This document shows, one piece after another, positions 32,408 to 43,475 of a DNA stretch of 64,000 nt. Position numbers and translations under genes: made by a program. How positions within the stretch are numbered: position 1 is the first letter of the stretch; each line of letters starts with the position of its first letter. The stretch is from contig CAVVCZ010000002.1 in assembly GCA_963746845.1 (NCBI GenBank), forward strand, positions 128,001-192,000, written 5' to 3'. The stretch is from an uncultured Chloroflexia bacterium (GTDB taxonomy: Bacteria > Chloroflexota > Limnocylindria > Limnocylindrales > CSP1-4). Below the pieces are notes generated by a model that had not been told where the DNA came from, did no database searches, and was given only the letters and a program-made list of their open reading frames with translations.

Positions 32408-33355
32408 TCACCGAAGCACGTCCGCGACCGCGAGTCGAAGATCCGTCCAGCGGAATGCATAGCCGAGCTCGGTGGCTCGCGCCGGGATCGCCCGAACGCT
32501 GCCGAGGATCAGCACCGACACGTCGCGGAGCACGAGTCGGATCGGGAGCGCCGGGACCGACAGCCACGACCGTCGACCGAGGGCCGCGCCGATCGCCGCC
32601 GCCACCTCCGACTCGTGGGCCGGCTCCGGCGACACCGCGTTGAACGGCCCCGTTGCACGCGAGTCGTCGATCGCCATCCGCATGATCCCGGCCACGTCGT
32701 CGACGTGGACCCAGCTCATCCACTGCCGACCCGAGCCGAGCCGGCCACCGAGATGGAGCCGGAACGGGAGGACCAGGAGCTGGAGCGCCTTCGCATCCGG
32801 GCCGATCACGAACCCGTTCCGGACGATCGCGACGCGCACGCCGAGCTCCTCGGCTCCCCGCGCGGCGGCTTCCCAGTCGTGGCACAGGTCTGCGAGGAAG
32901 CCGGTCGCGCGGTCGTCCGCCTCGGTGGCCGGCGTGGCGTCGAGACCCTGGTAGCCGTCCGATCCGGACACGTTGACGAGGACCGACGGCCGACGATCGA
33001 GCGGGAGGCGGCGCATCGCTTCGACGATCGTGCGCGTCGGTCCCAGGCGGCTGTCGCGGATCGCCCGGCGCCGGCCGCGGGTCCAGGGTCGCGGTCCCAC
33101 CGGCACGCCGGTGACGTTGACGACCGCGTGGACGCCATCGAGGAGACGCGCCGCCTCATCAGCGTCCGCGCCCGTCCAGCGGACGAGGTTGCCGTGTCGC
33201 CGCCCGCGGCTCTGGGCACGATCCGGGTCGCGGCTGAGGACGATGACGTCGTCGCCGCGTGCCGCGAGACTAGCGGCCAGATGCTGGCCGATGAACCCGC
33301 TGCCGCCGGCGATCGCGATCCGCCGGGCACTCAGGATCGGAGGTTCCGAGGTCAT
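32408..33355 (-). CDS. TIGR01777-family NAD-dependent epimerase
   Basis: GGSGFIG, FLADLCHDWE, GGRLGSGRQWMSWVH, GPFNAVSP. Confidence 0.92.
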   Translation of the reverse strand: MTSEPPILSARRIAIAGGSGFIGQHLAASLAARGDDVIVLSRDPDRAQSRGRRHGNLVRWTGADADEAARLLDGVHAVVNVTGVPVGPRPWTRGRRRAIRDSRLGPTRTIVEAMRRLPLDRRPSVLVNVSGSDGYQGLDATPATEADDRATGFLADLCHDWEAAARGAEELGVRVAIVRNGFVIGPDAKALQLLVLPFRLHLGGRLGSGRQWMSWVHVDDVAGIMRMAIDDSRATGPFNAVSPEPAHESEVAAAIGAALGRRSWLSVPALPIRLVLRDVSVLILGSVRAIPARATELGYAFRWTDLRLAVADVLR

Positions 33356-33393
33356 GATGGCGAGCCTTCCGTGCTACTCTGGCATAGCAAGTT

Positions 33394-34161
33394 ATGACAG
33401 CCGAACTCGCTACTGTCAAGGCGCACGTTTCTGAGGGCGGGAACAGCACGCGGCTCGACCCGTCGGCGCCCGCCGAGGAGCTCCGGCTCCGGTTCGCCGA
33501 AGCGTGGGGCGAGATGAGCGCGTCGTGGGGTGTCGCGCCGGCGATCGGTCGCGTCCACGCCTACCTGATGGTCCGGAACGAGCCGCTGACGGAACGCGAG
33601 ATCCGCGAGGCGCTCGGGCTGTCGCATCGGGCGGCGAGCCTGGCTCTCACCGACGCCGAGACGTGGGGGATCGTCGAGCGGGTCGCGGAGCCGCGACGCG
33701 TCGGCCGGCGTGGCCCGGCCGGCACCGCGTATGTCGCGGTCGGCGACCACTGGCAGTGGTTCACCCGCGTCATCGCGGAACGGAAGGTTCGCGAGGGCGA
33801 CCCGATCGTGGAGGTCATCGCGCGGACGGCCGACGAGGCGGGCACTGCGGCCGCGGCTCACCCGGACGACCGCGACCTCGCCGCGCTCCACGAGTGGCTC
33901 GTCACGTTCAACGCCTTCGTCCGCCTGTTCGACCGGGCCGTGGGGCTGATCCCGAAGCTGCAGCCGCGGGAGCTGGAACGTGGGATGCGACTCCTGGGCC
34001 AGGTGCCGGACGAGACGGTCCTGCGGCTGGTCCACCTGCTCGGCGGGCTGCCGGACGAGGATGTGCTCGAGCTGGTCGACGCCCTCAGCCGTCTCTCGCC
34101 GAGCGCCGCACGCCGGGCGACCAAGCTGATGTCGGGGGTCGTCCGCACCGTCTCACGCTGA
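33394..34161 (+). CDS. GbsR/MarR-like transcriptional regulator with C-terminal extension
   Basis: WGEMSASWG...GRVHAYL...EPLT...LGLS...L..WGIV. Confidence 0.8.
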   Translation: MTAELATVKAHVSEGGNSTRLDPSAPAEELRLRFAEAWGEMSASWGVAPAIGRVHAYLMVRNEPLTEREIREALGLSHRAASLALTDAETWGIVERVAEPRRVGRRGPAGTAYVAVGDHWQWFTRVIAERKVREGDPIVEVIARTADEAGTAAAAHPDDRDLAALHEWLVTFNAFVRLFDRAVGLIPKLQPRELERGMRLLGQVPDETVLRLVHLLGGLPDEDVLELVDALSRLSPSAARRATKLMSGVVRTVSR

Positions 34162-34173
34162 GCGCTGCCGGCG

Positions 34174-34722
34174 TCACGGGGTGGCCGCGAGGAGCTCATC
34201 GGCCACCAGCTCGAACGGCTCGAGGCTCTGCTCGGCCCGGCTGACCACGACCGCGCCTTCGCTGGCTGCGACCAGGGTGGTCGCCAGGCGGATCGCGGCA
34301 TCAGCGCTCATGCCACCCTCCACGTACAGCTCGGCCAGACGCCCGCGCCACGCACGGAAGATCGACGCGGCATGACCGAGGAGGTCGGGTGAGTCGGTCG
34401 CGACGGTCACGGCCAGCACCGCGCACCCTGCCCGCAGGTCCGACCGGACGAGCACCTCGCGCCAGAGGTCTAGGAAGAAGGCGGTCACCTCCCTGGGTGG
34501 CGATCCGCTGACGGCGTCGAGGACGCGGAGGGCGCGGTCGCCCGCGAGCGCGATCGCGGCATCGACGAGCTGATCCTTGCCCTCCGGGAAGTGGTGATAG
34601 ATCGAACCGCGCGGTGCCCCGGATCGTGCGATGACATCGCCGAACGACGTGCCTTCGAGCCCACGCGTGGCGAGCAGGGTCACGGCGCTCTCGACCATCT
34701 TCCGGCGGCTGTCGCTCGGCAC
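34174..34722 (-). CDS. TetR-family regulator (LmrA/YxaF-like)
   Basis: GAPRGSIYHHFPEGKDQL HTH; GC motif; SEGAVV. Confidence 0.93.
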   Translation of the reverse strand: MPSDSRRKMVESAVTLLATRGLEGTSFGDVIARSGAPRGSIYHHFPEGKDQLVDAAIALAGDRALRVLDAVSGSPPREVTAFFLDLWREVLVRSDLRAGCAVLAVTVATDSPDLLGHAASIFRAWRGRLAELYVEGGMSADAAIRLATTLVAASEGAVVVSRAEQSLEPFELVADELLAATP

Positions 34723-34744
34723 GGCCTCCCGCGTCCTCCCTCTT

Positions 34745-34793
34745 GACTATGACGACCGTCATAGTCCATCCTCCGCTATGACGAACAGCATAG
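34745..34793. promoter_or_regulatory. TetR operators: perfect palindrome plus degenerate second site
   Basis: gactatgacg-ac-cgtcatagtc (34745-34766) overlapping TTGACT; ctatgacgaacagcatag (34776-34793). Confidence 0.8.
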
Positions 34794-34810
34794 TCCGGAG
34801 TGCGACCGCC

Positions 34811-35242
34811 ATGCCGATGATCGACATCCACGCCCCTGCCGGCACATTCGCCGACCGCCATGCGCTTGCCGCGGCCGCCGCGGCCGCCGTCATGCGGATC
34901 GAAGGCGTGCCGGACATCCCGATGTTCCGCGACAACACCGCGGCCTTCGTGCGCGAGCTCCCGGCCGCAGCGATCTCGGACGTCAACGGCGACTCGAGGC
35001 ACATCCGGGTGCAGGTGCTGACCAACGCCGGAGCCCTCGACCGCGACCAGCAACTGGCGGTCGTCGAGCAGCTGACGGTGCTGGTCGCGGACGCCGCGGG
35101 CGATCCGACCCTCGCTCGGCGCACCTGGGTGCTCCTCACCGAAGCGGCCCCCGGGGGCTGGGGTCTCTGGGGCCACGCCCACACCAACGAGGAGCTGATC
35201 ACGGCGGCTCGTGCGGAGATCGCGTCGCTCCAACGGGGCTGA
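34811..35242 (+). CDS. Tautomerase-family protein
   Basis: N-terminal catalytic Pro (MPMID), beta-alpha-beta pattern, WVLLTEA..GGWG; GGAG RBS. Confidence 0.82.
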   Translation: MPMIDIHAPAGTFADRHALAAAAAAAVMRIEGVPDIPMFRDNTAAFVRELPAAAISDVNGDSRHIRVQVLTNAGALDRDQQLAVVEQLTVLVADAAGDPTLARRTWVLLTEAAPGGWGLWGHAHTNEELITAARAEIASLQRG

Positions 35243-35659
35243 CCCGGGCGTCGTCGGTCACATGGTCTCGCGCGGATCGGGCCTGACGCGGGCGACTTGT
35301 CGAATGCCGCTCCGAAGCGCGCTATGCGCGTTCGGCCGGCCGGATCTGTTCCATTGCAGCCAAATTCGGCAATGAGCAACGAATCCGGCCGGTTCGACGC
35401 CCGGCGAGCCCGTCGTGCTCGCAGGCGCGACGTTGCACAAGTCACGACGCGCGTGGTGAGCCAAGTGACCGCGCCTTGACCCGCGCCGTGGCACACACGA
35501 ACGGCCGAACCGGGCGGCGGATCGGGCCATGGCGGAGCCGCGGGGGGTCCGTGCGATAATTCGGGCGCGCGAGGCGGCTCGGCCGACTCGAACGGGCGAC
35601 GACCCCGCGGCAAGCCCGGCCGGCAGACCCGCGCGAAACAACCGGAGCACACACCCGAC

Positions 35660-36547
35660 ATGGCAGTCGAAACGTCCACGTGGGCGACGAAGAAGGGTCT
35701 CGCCCAGATGCTCAAGGGCGGCGTCATCATGGACGTCGTCACCCCGGATCAGGCGAAGATCGCCGAGGATGCCGGCGCGGTCGCGGTCATGGCCCTCGAG
35801 CGCGTCCCGGCCGACATCCGCGCCGCCGGCGGCGTCGCCCGGATGAGTGACCCCTCGATGATCGAGGGGATCATGAGCGCCGTGACGATCCCGGTCATGG
35901 CGAAGGCCCGGATCGGCCACTTCGTCGAGGCCCAGGTCCTCGAGGCGCTCGGCGTCGACTACATCGACGAGTCCGAGGTTCTGACCCCGGCCGACGAGAC
36001 GAACCACATCGACAAGCACGCGTTCAAGGTGCCGTTCGTGTGCGGCTGCCGGAACCTGGGCGAAGCCCTGCGCCGGATCAACGAAGGCGCGGCGATGATG
36101 CGGACCAAGGGCGAGGCCGGGACCGGCAACGTCGTCGAGGCCGTCCGTCAGCTGCGTGACGTCCTCGGCGAGATCCGCAAGCTCCAGGGGATGCGCGAGG
36201 ACGAGCTTTTCGTGGCCGCCAAGGAGCTTCAGGCGCCGTACGAGCTGGTCAAGCAGGTCGCGGCCGACGGCAAGCTGCCGGTCGTGAACTTCGTCGCAGG
36301 TGGGATCTCGACCCCGGCCGACGCCGCGCTCGTCATGCAGCTGGGCTCCGAGGGCGTCTTCGTGGGCTCGGGGATCTTCAAGAGCGAGAATCCGGCCCGG
36401 ATGGCGAACGCGATCGTCCAGGCGACGACCCACTTCGACAACCCCGCGATCATCGCCGACGTCTCGAAGGGACTGGGGGCGCCGATGCGGGGCATCGCGA
36501 TGGAAGCCATCCCGGAGGGGGAACGCCTCGCGGTCCGCGGCTGGTAG
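35660..36547 (+). CDS. pdxS: Pyridoxal 5'-phosphate synthase lyase subunit
   Basis: [37 protein letters not shown]. Confidence 0.98.
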   Translation: MAVETSTWATKKGLAQMLKGGVIMDVVTPDQAKIAEDAGAVAVMALERVPADIRAAGGVARMSDPSMIEGIMSAVTIPVMAKARIGHFVEAQVLEALGVDYIDESEVLTPADETNHIDKHAFKVPFVCGCRNLGEALRRINEGAAMMRTKGEAGTGNVVEAVRQLRDVLGEIRKLQGMREDELFVAAKELQAPYELVKQVAADGKLPVVNFVAGGISTPADAALVMQLGSEGVFVGSGIFKSENPARMANAIVQATTHFDNPAIIADVSKGLGAPMRGIAMEAIPEGERLAVRGW

Positions 36548-36581
36548 GGCAGCGCGCCACGCGCGCCGAGGCCGCCGGCCG

Positions 36582-37220
36582 ATGAAGATCGGAGTCCTGG
36601 CCCTCCAGGGCGCCTTCCGCGAGCATCTCCAGACGCTCGACGCGATCGGCGTCGAGGGCGTCCCCGTGCGCCTCCCCGCGGACCTCGCCGGCGTCTCCGG
36701 GCTGATCCTGCCCGGCGGCGAGAGCACGACGATGCGGAACCTGATCCGCCGCTGGGGCCTGGCCGAGCCGATCCTTGTGCTGGCCGCGACCGGCGCGCCG
36801 CTGTTCGGGACGTGCGCAGGAATGATCGTCCTGTCGAGCCACATCGCCGGCGGCGAGGACCCGATCCTCCCGCTCCTCGACGTGACCGTCGAGCGGAACG
36901 CGTTCGGCCGCCAACTGGACTCGTTCGAGGCGGAGCTGTCCGTTCCCGTCCTCGGCGACCGGCCCGTCCACGGCGTCTTCATCCGGGCGCCCGTGATCGA
37001 GGATGTCGGGCCGGAGGTCGACGTCCTCGCCCGTCTCGACGACGGCCGGATCGTGGCCGTCCGCGAGCGGAACGTGATCGCGACCTCGTTCCACCCCGAG
37101 CTGGCAGGGGAGACCCGATTCCACCGCCTTGTCGCGACGATGGCCGCCGAGCACGACGACCCCGGCGAGGGCGCCGGCCGTCGCCCCCACCCGACCCGCC
37201 GCGCGCGGAACGCCACGTGA
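36582..37220 (+). CDS. pdxT: PLP synthase glutaminase subunit
   Basis: GVLALQG, PGGEST, GTCAG, FIRAP, FHPEL. Confidence 0.97.
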   Translation: MKIGVLALQGAFREHLQTLDAIGVEGVPVRLPADLAGVSGLILPGGESTTMRNLIRRWGLAEPILVLAATGAPLFGTCAGMIVLSSHIAGGEDPILPLLDVTVERNAFGRQLDSFEAELSVPVLGDRPVHGVFIRAPVIEDVGPEVDVLARLDDGRIVAVRERNVIATSFHPELAGETRFHRLVATMAAEHDDPGEGAGRRPHPTRRARNAT

Positions 37221-38281
37221 CGCAGGCCCGCGCTCCAAAGACCGCCGCGAGCGGCAAGGTCCGCGTCGCTCGCCTGACCGACCTGGCCGCACTCGGCGAG
37301 CTGTCGCGTCTCTGCCAGGACATCACGGCCGCGACCCGATCGCTCGGCCTGCCGGTCAGCGGCCGGCCGATCGGTGTGTTCAGCCTGTTCCGGCTCCCGC
37401 TCGGCGCGTTCCAGCCGCACGACCTGATGTACGTCTACGAGGAGTCCGGCCGCTTGTCCGGCCTGATCCGCGTCGAGCGCGACTCGGTCCGTGACGAGTG
37501 GACGATCGTCGAGCTCGACGGGATCGGCTCCGGGCAGGCCGGCGACATCCGGTTCCGCCTCGTCAACCAGGTCCTGCGCGAGGCGGCCAAGCGCGGCCCG
37601 TGGCGGCTCCACGTCGCGTGCGCGGACCAGGACGGCAACGTGGAGCTGTTCATGCAGGCCGGGTTCGCCCGGTACGGCGACGAGCGGGTCCTGCATCGCG
37701 ACGGCGAGCTCGACCTCCCCGAGACGTGGACGGACGACCAGATGAAGGACTGCCGGATCCGGCCGGCCGCGCCGCTCGACGCGCTGCCGATGTCCCGCCT
37801 GTACGCGGCGGCCACGCCACAGCCGGTCCAGCGGCTCGAGGGGATCCGCCTGCCCGACTGGGAGCGCCAGGGCACGAACTGGCGGGTCCCCCGGTCCAGC
37901 CTCGCCCCGATCCTCCGCTTCGCGGACGTCGAGGTGTTCGTCCAGGAGAGCGCGACGGGCGGCAAGGACGGCTCGGCCCTGGACGGGCTCGTCCAGATCG
38001 GCGTCGCCAAGGAGGACCAGCCGCACTACCTGAAGCTGCTGGTCCGCCCCGACGCCGACGCATCGAGCCTGACCTCGTTCGCGCTCGGGATCATCCGGGC
38101 CCGGACCGAGAAGGCCGGCCGCGAGCACGGCGTGATCTCGCCGGTCCGCACCTACGAGTCGCCGATCGATCGGAGGCTCGAAGACGCGGGCTTCGGTACG
38201 ATCGCGACCGTGACCCTGTTGATGAAGGACACGCTGGTGCGTGTCGCGGAGCCGGCACTCGTGCCGGCCGGGGTCCGTTGA
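37217..38281 (+). CDS. Hypothetical protein with probable tandem GNAT-like folds
   Basis: [29 protein letters not shown]; GTGA-coupled to pdxT. Confidence 0.65.
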   Translation: MTQARAPKTAASGKVRVARLTDLAALGELSRLCQDITAATRSLGLPVSGRPIGVFSLFRLPLGAFQPHDLMYVYEESGRLSGLIRVERDSVRDEWTIVELDGIGSGQAGDIRFRLVNQVLREAAKRGPWRLHVACADQDGNVELFMQAGFARYGDERVLHRDGELDLPETWTDDQMKDCRIRPAAPLDALPMSRLYAAATPQPVQRLEGIRLPDWERQGTNWRVPRSSLAPILRFADVEVFVQESATGGKDGSALDGLVQIGVAKEDQPHYLKLLVRPDADASSLTSFALGIIRARTEKAGREHGVISPVRTYESPIDRRLEDAGFGTIATVTLLMKDTLVRVAEPALVPAGVR

Positions 38282-38298
38282 CCCCGAAGGAGGCCCGG

Positions 38299-40392
38299 TT
38301 GTCCGCTGAGCGGCGACGTGAATCGATCGACGACCTCGACGTGCTCCTGGCCTCCCTGCCGGCCGAGATCGTCGATGCCGTCCACGCGCTCCCCGAGAAG
38401 GAGGCGTTGATCGAGGTCGTCCTGGACCTGGGCCGCCGGCCCGAGGCGCGCTTCCCGGACTCCGAGGTGATGCTCCTCGATCGGGAGATCGACGAATCCG
38501 ACATCGCCCACGTCGTCGAGCACATCGGCACCTTCGGCGACGACAACCGGGCGGGGATCGAGCGGACGCTCCACCGGATCAGCGCCATCCGCAACCGGAA
38601 CGGCAAGATCGTCGGGCTGACGTGCCGGATCGGCCGCGCCGTCTACGGGACGATCGAGATCATCAACGACTTCGTCGAGTCGGGGAAGTCGATCCTGATC
38701 ATGGGCCGGCCGGGGATCGGCAAGACGACGATGCTGCGCGAGGCCGCCCGCGTCCTCGCCGACGACCTCGGCAAGCGCGTCGTCGTCGTCGACACGTCGA
38801 ACGAGATCGCGGGCGACGGCGACATCCCCCATCCGGCGATCGGCAAGGCGCGCCGGATGCAGGTCCGGACGCCGTCCATGCAGCACGAGGTGATGATCGA
38901 GGCGGTCGAGAACCACATGCCGCAGGTCATCGTCATCGACGAGATCGGGACCGAGCTCGAGGCCCAGGCGGCCCGGACGATCGCCGAGCGCGGCGTCCAG
39001 CTGATCGGCACCGCCCACGGCAACAACCTCGACAACCTGATGCTCAACCCGACGCTGTCCGACCTGATCGGCGGGATCCAGAGCGTGACCCTCGGCGACG
39101 AGGAGGCACGCCGCCGGCGGACGCAGAAGAGCGTCCTCGAGCGGAAGGCGCCGCCGACCTTCGACGTGATCATCGAGATCCAGGATCGCGAGCGGGTGAC
39201 GGTCCACGCCGACGTCGCGGACACCGTCGACTCGCTGCTCCGCGGCGACCCGGTCGCACCGGAGCTGCGCTGGCGCGACGAGGAGGGCGTCCATCGTTCG
39301 CAGGCCCGGCCCCGGCCGTCGCCCCGCGAGCAGATCGGGGCCGAGCGGTTCGCCGGGCTCGTCGGGTCCGGCCAGCCATGGCGGATGGAGCCGGGCTGGC
39401 GTGGTGAGGGGTCGTACCGGGGCGGCGGGTATCGCGAGGCTGGTGGCGCCGGCGCAACCGGGTTCCGCTCCGGCTACCGGCCGGGCGCGAGCGGCGGCTG
39501 GCGTCAGACGCGCGGCGGATCGTCGCGAGAGCCGTCGCCGCGCGGGTCGCAGACGGAGGGCGGCAGAGACGGCCCAGCGGGCATGATGCCGGGCGAGCGG
39601 TTCGCGGTCCCGCCGTCGGGGCGGGCCGGATCGCGGCCCGAGGACGTGCCGTTCGTCAACGGGGAGATCGCCGATCGCGGTCCGCTCGAGCGTGGCGCGC
39701 CGCCCGTGCCCGATACGCGTGCCCGCGAGGCGCGCGAGCTCGACCGCCAGAAGGCCTGGCGCGACCAGGCGAAGCGGGCGATGACCGCGCTGCGCGCCGA
39801 GGAGGGCACGGCGCCGGTCAACGCCGACGATCTCGAGATCGACGACGAGGATGACGGTCCGCTCGGGATCGAGGAGCGCGAGGACGGCGGGGCCATCCTC
39901 GTGCCGGGTGGCGCGCCGCTGCCGACGCTCCGGGTCCTGGCCCAGGGGATCAGCCGCAAGCGGCTCGAGCAGGCGATCCGCGACCTCCAGCTGCCCGTCC
40001 TGATCGCCCGCGACGTCGACGAGGCGGACGTCGTCATGACGCTCCGCAACGAGTACAAGCAGAAGACGCCGATGCTTCGCGAGGCCGAGGATCGCGCCCT
40101 GCCGATCTACGTGCTGAAGTCGAACACCATCCCGCAGATGCAGTCGAGCCTGACCTCGATCTTCTCGCTCGAGATCGATCCGCGCGAGGCCGCCCTGCGC
40201 GAGACGGAGGAGGCGATCGGGCTGGTCCTGAACGGCTCGGACCCCGTCGAGCTGTCGCCCCAGAACGCCTATATCCGGCGTTTGCAGCACCAGATGGCCG
40301 AGCGGGCGAACCTCGTCTCGCGGTCGCGCGGGCGGGAGCCCTACCGGCGCGTCCGGCTGTACCCGGACGCCGCACGCTCGGCCTGGCGGTGA
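38299..40392 (+). CDS. SpoIIIAA/Ycf45-like AAA ATPase with C-terminal R3H domain
   Basis: [32 protein letters not shown]; R3[12 protein letters not shown]; TTG start after AGGAGG. Confidence 0.92.
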   Translation: MSAERRRESIDDLDVLLASLPAEIVDAVHALPEKEALIEVVLDLGRRPEARFPDSEVMLLDREIDESDIAHVVEHIGTFGDDNRAGIERTLHRISAIRNRNGKIVGLTCRIGRAVYGTIEIINDFVESGKSILIMGRPGIGKTTMLREAARVLADDLGKRVVVVDTSNEIAGDGDIPHPAIGKARRMQVRTPSMQHEVMIEAVENHMPQVIVIDEIGTELEAQAARTIAERGVQLIGTAHGNNLDNLMLNPTLSDLIGGIQSVTLGDEEARRRRTQKSVLERKAPPTFDVIIEIQDRERVTVHADVADTVDSLLRGDPVAPELRWRDEEGVHRSQARPRPSPREQIGAERFAGLVGSGQPWRMEPGWRGEGSYRGGGYREAGGAGATGFRSGYRPGASGGWRQTRGGSSREPSPRGSQTEGGRDGPAGMMPGERFAVPPSGRAGSRPEDVPFVNGEIADRGPLERGAPPVPDTRAREARELDRQKAWRDQAKRAMTALRAEEGTAPVNADDLEIDDEDDGPLGIEEREDGGAILVPGGAPLPTLRVLAQGISRKRLEQAIRDLQLPVLIARDVDEADVVMTLRNEYKQKTPMLREAEDRALPIYVLKSNTIPQMQSSLTSIFSLEIDPREAALRETEEAIGLVLNGSDPVELSPQNAYIRRLQHQMAERANLVSRSRGREPYRRVRLYPDAARSAWR

Positions 40393-40757
40393 ACGCGCGG
40401 CCGCCGGATCTCCACCCGCACAACGTCGTCATCGATTGCGCCGATCACGACGTCGTCGTCCCGTTCTGGGAGGCGGCCCTCGGCTGGACCTCGCGACGGA
40501 TCAACGACCAGTTCGTCGCGCTCCGGCCACCCGAGGGAAGCGACGTCAGCTTCGCGATCCTGTTCCAGCAGGTGCCGGAGCCGAAGGTCGTGAAGAACCG
40601 CGCCCACATCGACTTCGATGCCGGCGACATGCCGGCCGAGGTGGACCGGCTCATCGCGCTCGGCGGCTCGGTCGTGGCCGAGCACAGCCTCGGCGACTTC
40701 CGCTGGACGATCGTGGCCGATCCCGAGGGCAACGAGTTCTGTGTGACGATCCGCTGA
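40389..40757 (+). CDS. VOC/glyoxalase-family protein
   Basis: [28 protein letters not shown]. Confidence 0.92.
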   Translation: MNARPPDLHPHNVVIDCADHDVVVPFWEAALGWTSRRINDQFVALRPPEGSDVSFAILFQQVPEPKVVKNRAHIDFDAGDMPAEVDRLIALGGSVVAEHSLGDFRWTIVADPEGNEFCVTIR

Positions 40758-40784
40758 TCTGCTGACCCGGGGGGAGCCCACAAG

Positions 40785-41486
40785 ATGATCGCTTCGCCGG
40801 TCGCCCCAGTGCCCACGTCGCGGCTGTCGCTGCTCGCGAAGGTCCTGATCGGCTATGGCGTGGTTGGACTGATCGGGGCAGCGATCGCGGCCGTGCTGCT
40901 GGTGATCGCGTTCAGCCGCGTCACCACCCTGTCGAACCAGCTGACCGACAACGTCGGCGGCGTCTCGGCAGTGCTCGACAAGACCGCGACGGCGCTCGAC
41001 GACGCGGCGAACAGCGCGTCGAGCTTCGCGACGACCCTCGACGCCGTGTCCACCGCGACGGTGAACGCGGCCACGGACCTGCGGCAGATTGTGCCGCGGC
41101 TGCGGGGCCTGCAGGAGGGGGCGAACGCAGTGTCGATCCTCGGGTCGCAGCCGCTCGGCCGGCTGGGCCAGCTGTTCGGCGAGATCGCCGATCAGGTCAC
41201 AAACCTGACTGGCGAGCTCGACACGATCTCGAAGAGCCTGATCGGGAACCGGTCCGCGCTGGAGAAGAACGCCACGTCGCTCGCGGGCCTCGCGGACGAG
41301 GTCGGGACGTTATCGACGACGCTCGCGGGCGACCAGCTGGCGGTCGCGATCGACAGCCTGCGCTGGCTGATCCTCGCCCTGCTCGCGATCGCCGCAATCG
41401 GAGCGGCCGTACCGGCCGCCGGGGCACTGATCGCCGGCTGGTGGCTGCGGGACATGCTCCAGCACCAGGCGACGCCCGCGATCTAG
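40785..41486 (+). CDS. Membrane protein with coiled-coil extracellular region
   Basis: N- and C-terminal TM helices around a heptad-rich helical domain. Confidence 0.7.
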   Translation: MIASPVAPVPTSRLSLLAKVLIGYGVVGLIGAAIAAVLLVIAFSRVTTLSNQLTDNVGGVSAVLDKTATALDDAANSASSFATTLDAVSTATVNAATDLRQIVPRLRGLQEGANAVSILGSQPLGRLGQLFGEIADQVTNLTGELDTISKSLIGNRSALEKNATSLAGLADEVGTLSTTLAGDQLAVAIDSLRWLILALLAIAAIGAAVPAAGALIAGWWLRDMLQHQATPAI

Positions 41487-42913
41487 CGGAGGTCTCGCCG
41501 CAGCGCCGACCGGGCGGCGTGGAACCCGGCCATCCCGTGGACCCCACCGCCGGGCGGCGTCGACGACGAGCACAGGTAGAGACCGCGAGCCCCGGTCCAG
41601 TACGGATCGAGGGTCACCCTCGGCCGGAACACGAGTTGACGGATGTCCGCGATCCCGGCGTTGATGTCACCGCCGATCGCGTTCGGGTTGCGCGCCTCCA
41701 TCGCCGCCGGCCCGGTCGTCGCGCGGGCGAGGATCCGGTCGCGGAAGCCCGGCGCGAAGCGCTCGACCTGGGCCTCGACTCGCGTGGTCATGTCGACCGT
41801 GGAGCCGGCGGGCACATGGCAGTACGCCCAGGCGGTCGCCTTGCCATCCGGCGCTCGGGTGGGGTCCCAGGCGGCGTACTGGGCCAGCAACACGAACGGG
41901 CGGTCCGGATGCCCGCCCCGCGCGACGAGGCGTTCGGCGGCCGCGATCTCGCCGAGCGTCCCCCCGAGATGGATCGTGGCCGCCCGCGCGGCCCCCGGGG
42001 CGGCCCACGGGATCGGCCCATCGAGCGCCCAGTCGACCTTGAAGACGCCGTTGCCATAGCGGAACTGCTCGTACGCCCGGCGCGTTCGTGGCGGCAACCG
42101 GTCGCCGGCGATCCGGACTGCCGCGCGCGGCGTCACGTCGAGGAGGACGGTCCGGCTCGGCGGCAGCTCGCGCAGTCCGGTGACCTCGTGGCCGGTCTCG
42201 ACCTCACCACCGACGTCCTGAAGCTCCGCCGCGAGGGCCGTCGTGATGGCGCTCGTGCCGCCGCGGACCAGCGGCCAGCCGCCCGCGTGGGCCGTGTAGC
42301 CGAGCACGAGCCCGAATGCCGCGGTCAGCGGGCGGGTCAGGTCGAGCATCGCGTGGGCCGACAGGCCGGTCAGCGCGGCTCGTGCCTCGTCGCTCCGGAA
42401 GGCCGCGCGCGCCAGCCGGGTCGACGGGAGCAGCGCGGGCAAGCCGAACCGGGCGAGCGCGATCGGGTGGCGCGGCAGGTGCACGACCGGCCCGAGGAGC
42501 TCGTCCCCAAGCTCGTCCGCCGCGTCGACGAGCGGCCGGAACAGCCGGCGCCATCGCGGTCCGTCGGCACCCAGACCTTCGGCCGTCGCCTCGATCGATC
42601 GCTCGAGGATGACGGCGCGTCCACCGTCGAGCGGGTGGGCGAGCGGGGCATCCGAGTGGACGAGCTCCGCTCCGCGGCCCGCGAGGTCGATCGTCCGGAA
42701 GAACGGGGAGGCGGCCGTGAGCGACAGGATCGTTGCGCAGGTGTCGTGACGGAAGCCCGGGAGCGTCAGCTCCTCGGTGTGGGTGCCGCCACCGATCTCG
42801 TCGGCGGCCTCGATCACCCGGACCGACCGACCCGCTCGGGCGAGCGTGATCGCGGCGGCCAGGCCGTTCGGGCCGGCCCCGACCACGACCGCGTCGAGCG
42901 ACGAGGCTTTCAC
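41483..42913 (-). CDS. FAD-dependent oxidoreductase (phytoene dehydrogenase-related)
   Basis: VVGAGPNGL, WAYCHVP, TPPGGGVHGMAG. Confidence 0.92.
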   Translation of the reverse strand: MKASSLDAVVVGAGPNGLAAAITLARAGRSVRVIEAADEIGGGTHTEELTLPGFRHDTCATILSLTAASPFFRTIDLAGRGAELVHSDAPLAHPLDGGRAVILERSIEATAEGLGADGPRWRRLFRPLVDAADELGDELLGPVVHLPRHPIALARFGLPALLPSTRLARAAFRSDEARAALTGLSAHAMLDLTRPLTAAFGLVLGYTAHAGGWPLVRGGTSAITTALAAELQDVGGEVETGHEVTGLRELPPSRTVLLDVTPRAAVRIAGDRLPPRTRRAYEQFRYGNGVFKVDWALDGPIPWAAPGAARAATIHLGGTLGEIAAAERLVARGGHPDRPFVLLAQYAAWDPTRAPDGKATAWAYCHVPAGSTVDMTTRVEAQVERFAPGFRDRILARATTGPAAMEARNPNAIGGDINAGIADIRQLVFRPRVTLDPYWTGARGLYLCSSSTPPGGGVHGMAGFHAARSALRRDLR

Positions 42914-43004
42914 GTGCGGCCCACACTCAGCCGCGTCGGCTGATCCAGCGGACCGGGGCGGTGAGCGCCAGACCCGCGGTGCGCAGCCAGATAACGGCGA
43001 CGCC

Positions 43005-43466
43005 TCAACTCGCGTCGTACGTCATCTCGCCCGTCCGCAGGTCGAACGTGAACGGCGGCTGCGGTTCGTCAGCCTCGGTGCCGGGTGCCGGGTTGCGCTC
43101 GAGGTAGCGAATCCACAGGTGCGTGGCAGGGAAGATCCCCTCGATCGGCAACACATCGGGTCCTGGGTTGGCCAGCCCGTGCGGTGCACCGGCAGGAATG
43201 AAGACGACGGTGCCCTCGCCGACGACGCGCTCCTCGTCACCGAGGCGGTACCGACCAGGACCGTGGATGATCACGACCTCGTCTTCGCGGTGGATGTGGA
43301 GCGGGATCCGGTCGCCGGGCGCGATGCGCTCGGCGATCACGGAGAAGCCGTCGACGCGTCCGTTTGGTCCGCCCGGATCCACCAGGAGCGCCCAGCGTGT
43401 CATGGGCCGGTGGTCGTCCGGGTCGCCGACCATCGCCTCGAGCCGATACCCGTCGACGATTGACAT
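43005..43466 (-). CDS. Cupin-domain protein
   Basis: PLHIH..DE and FIPAGAPH cupin motifs. Confidence 0.88.
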   Translation of the reverse strand: MSIVDGYRLEAMVGDPDDHRPMTRWALLVDPGGPNGRVDGFSVIAERIAPGDRIPLHIHREDEVVIIHGPGRYRLGDEERVVGEGTVVFIPAGAPHGLANPGPDVLPIEGIFPATHLWIRYLERNPAPGTEADEPQPPFTFDLRTGEMTYDAS

Positions 43467-43475
43467 GCCCTCTCC

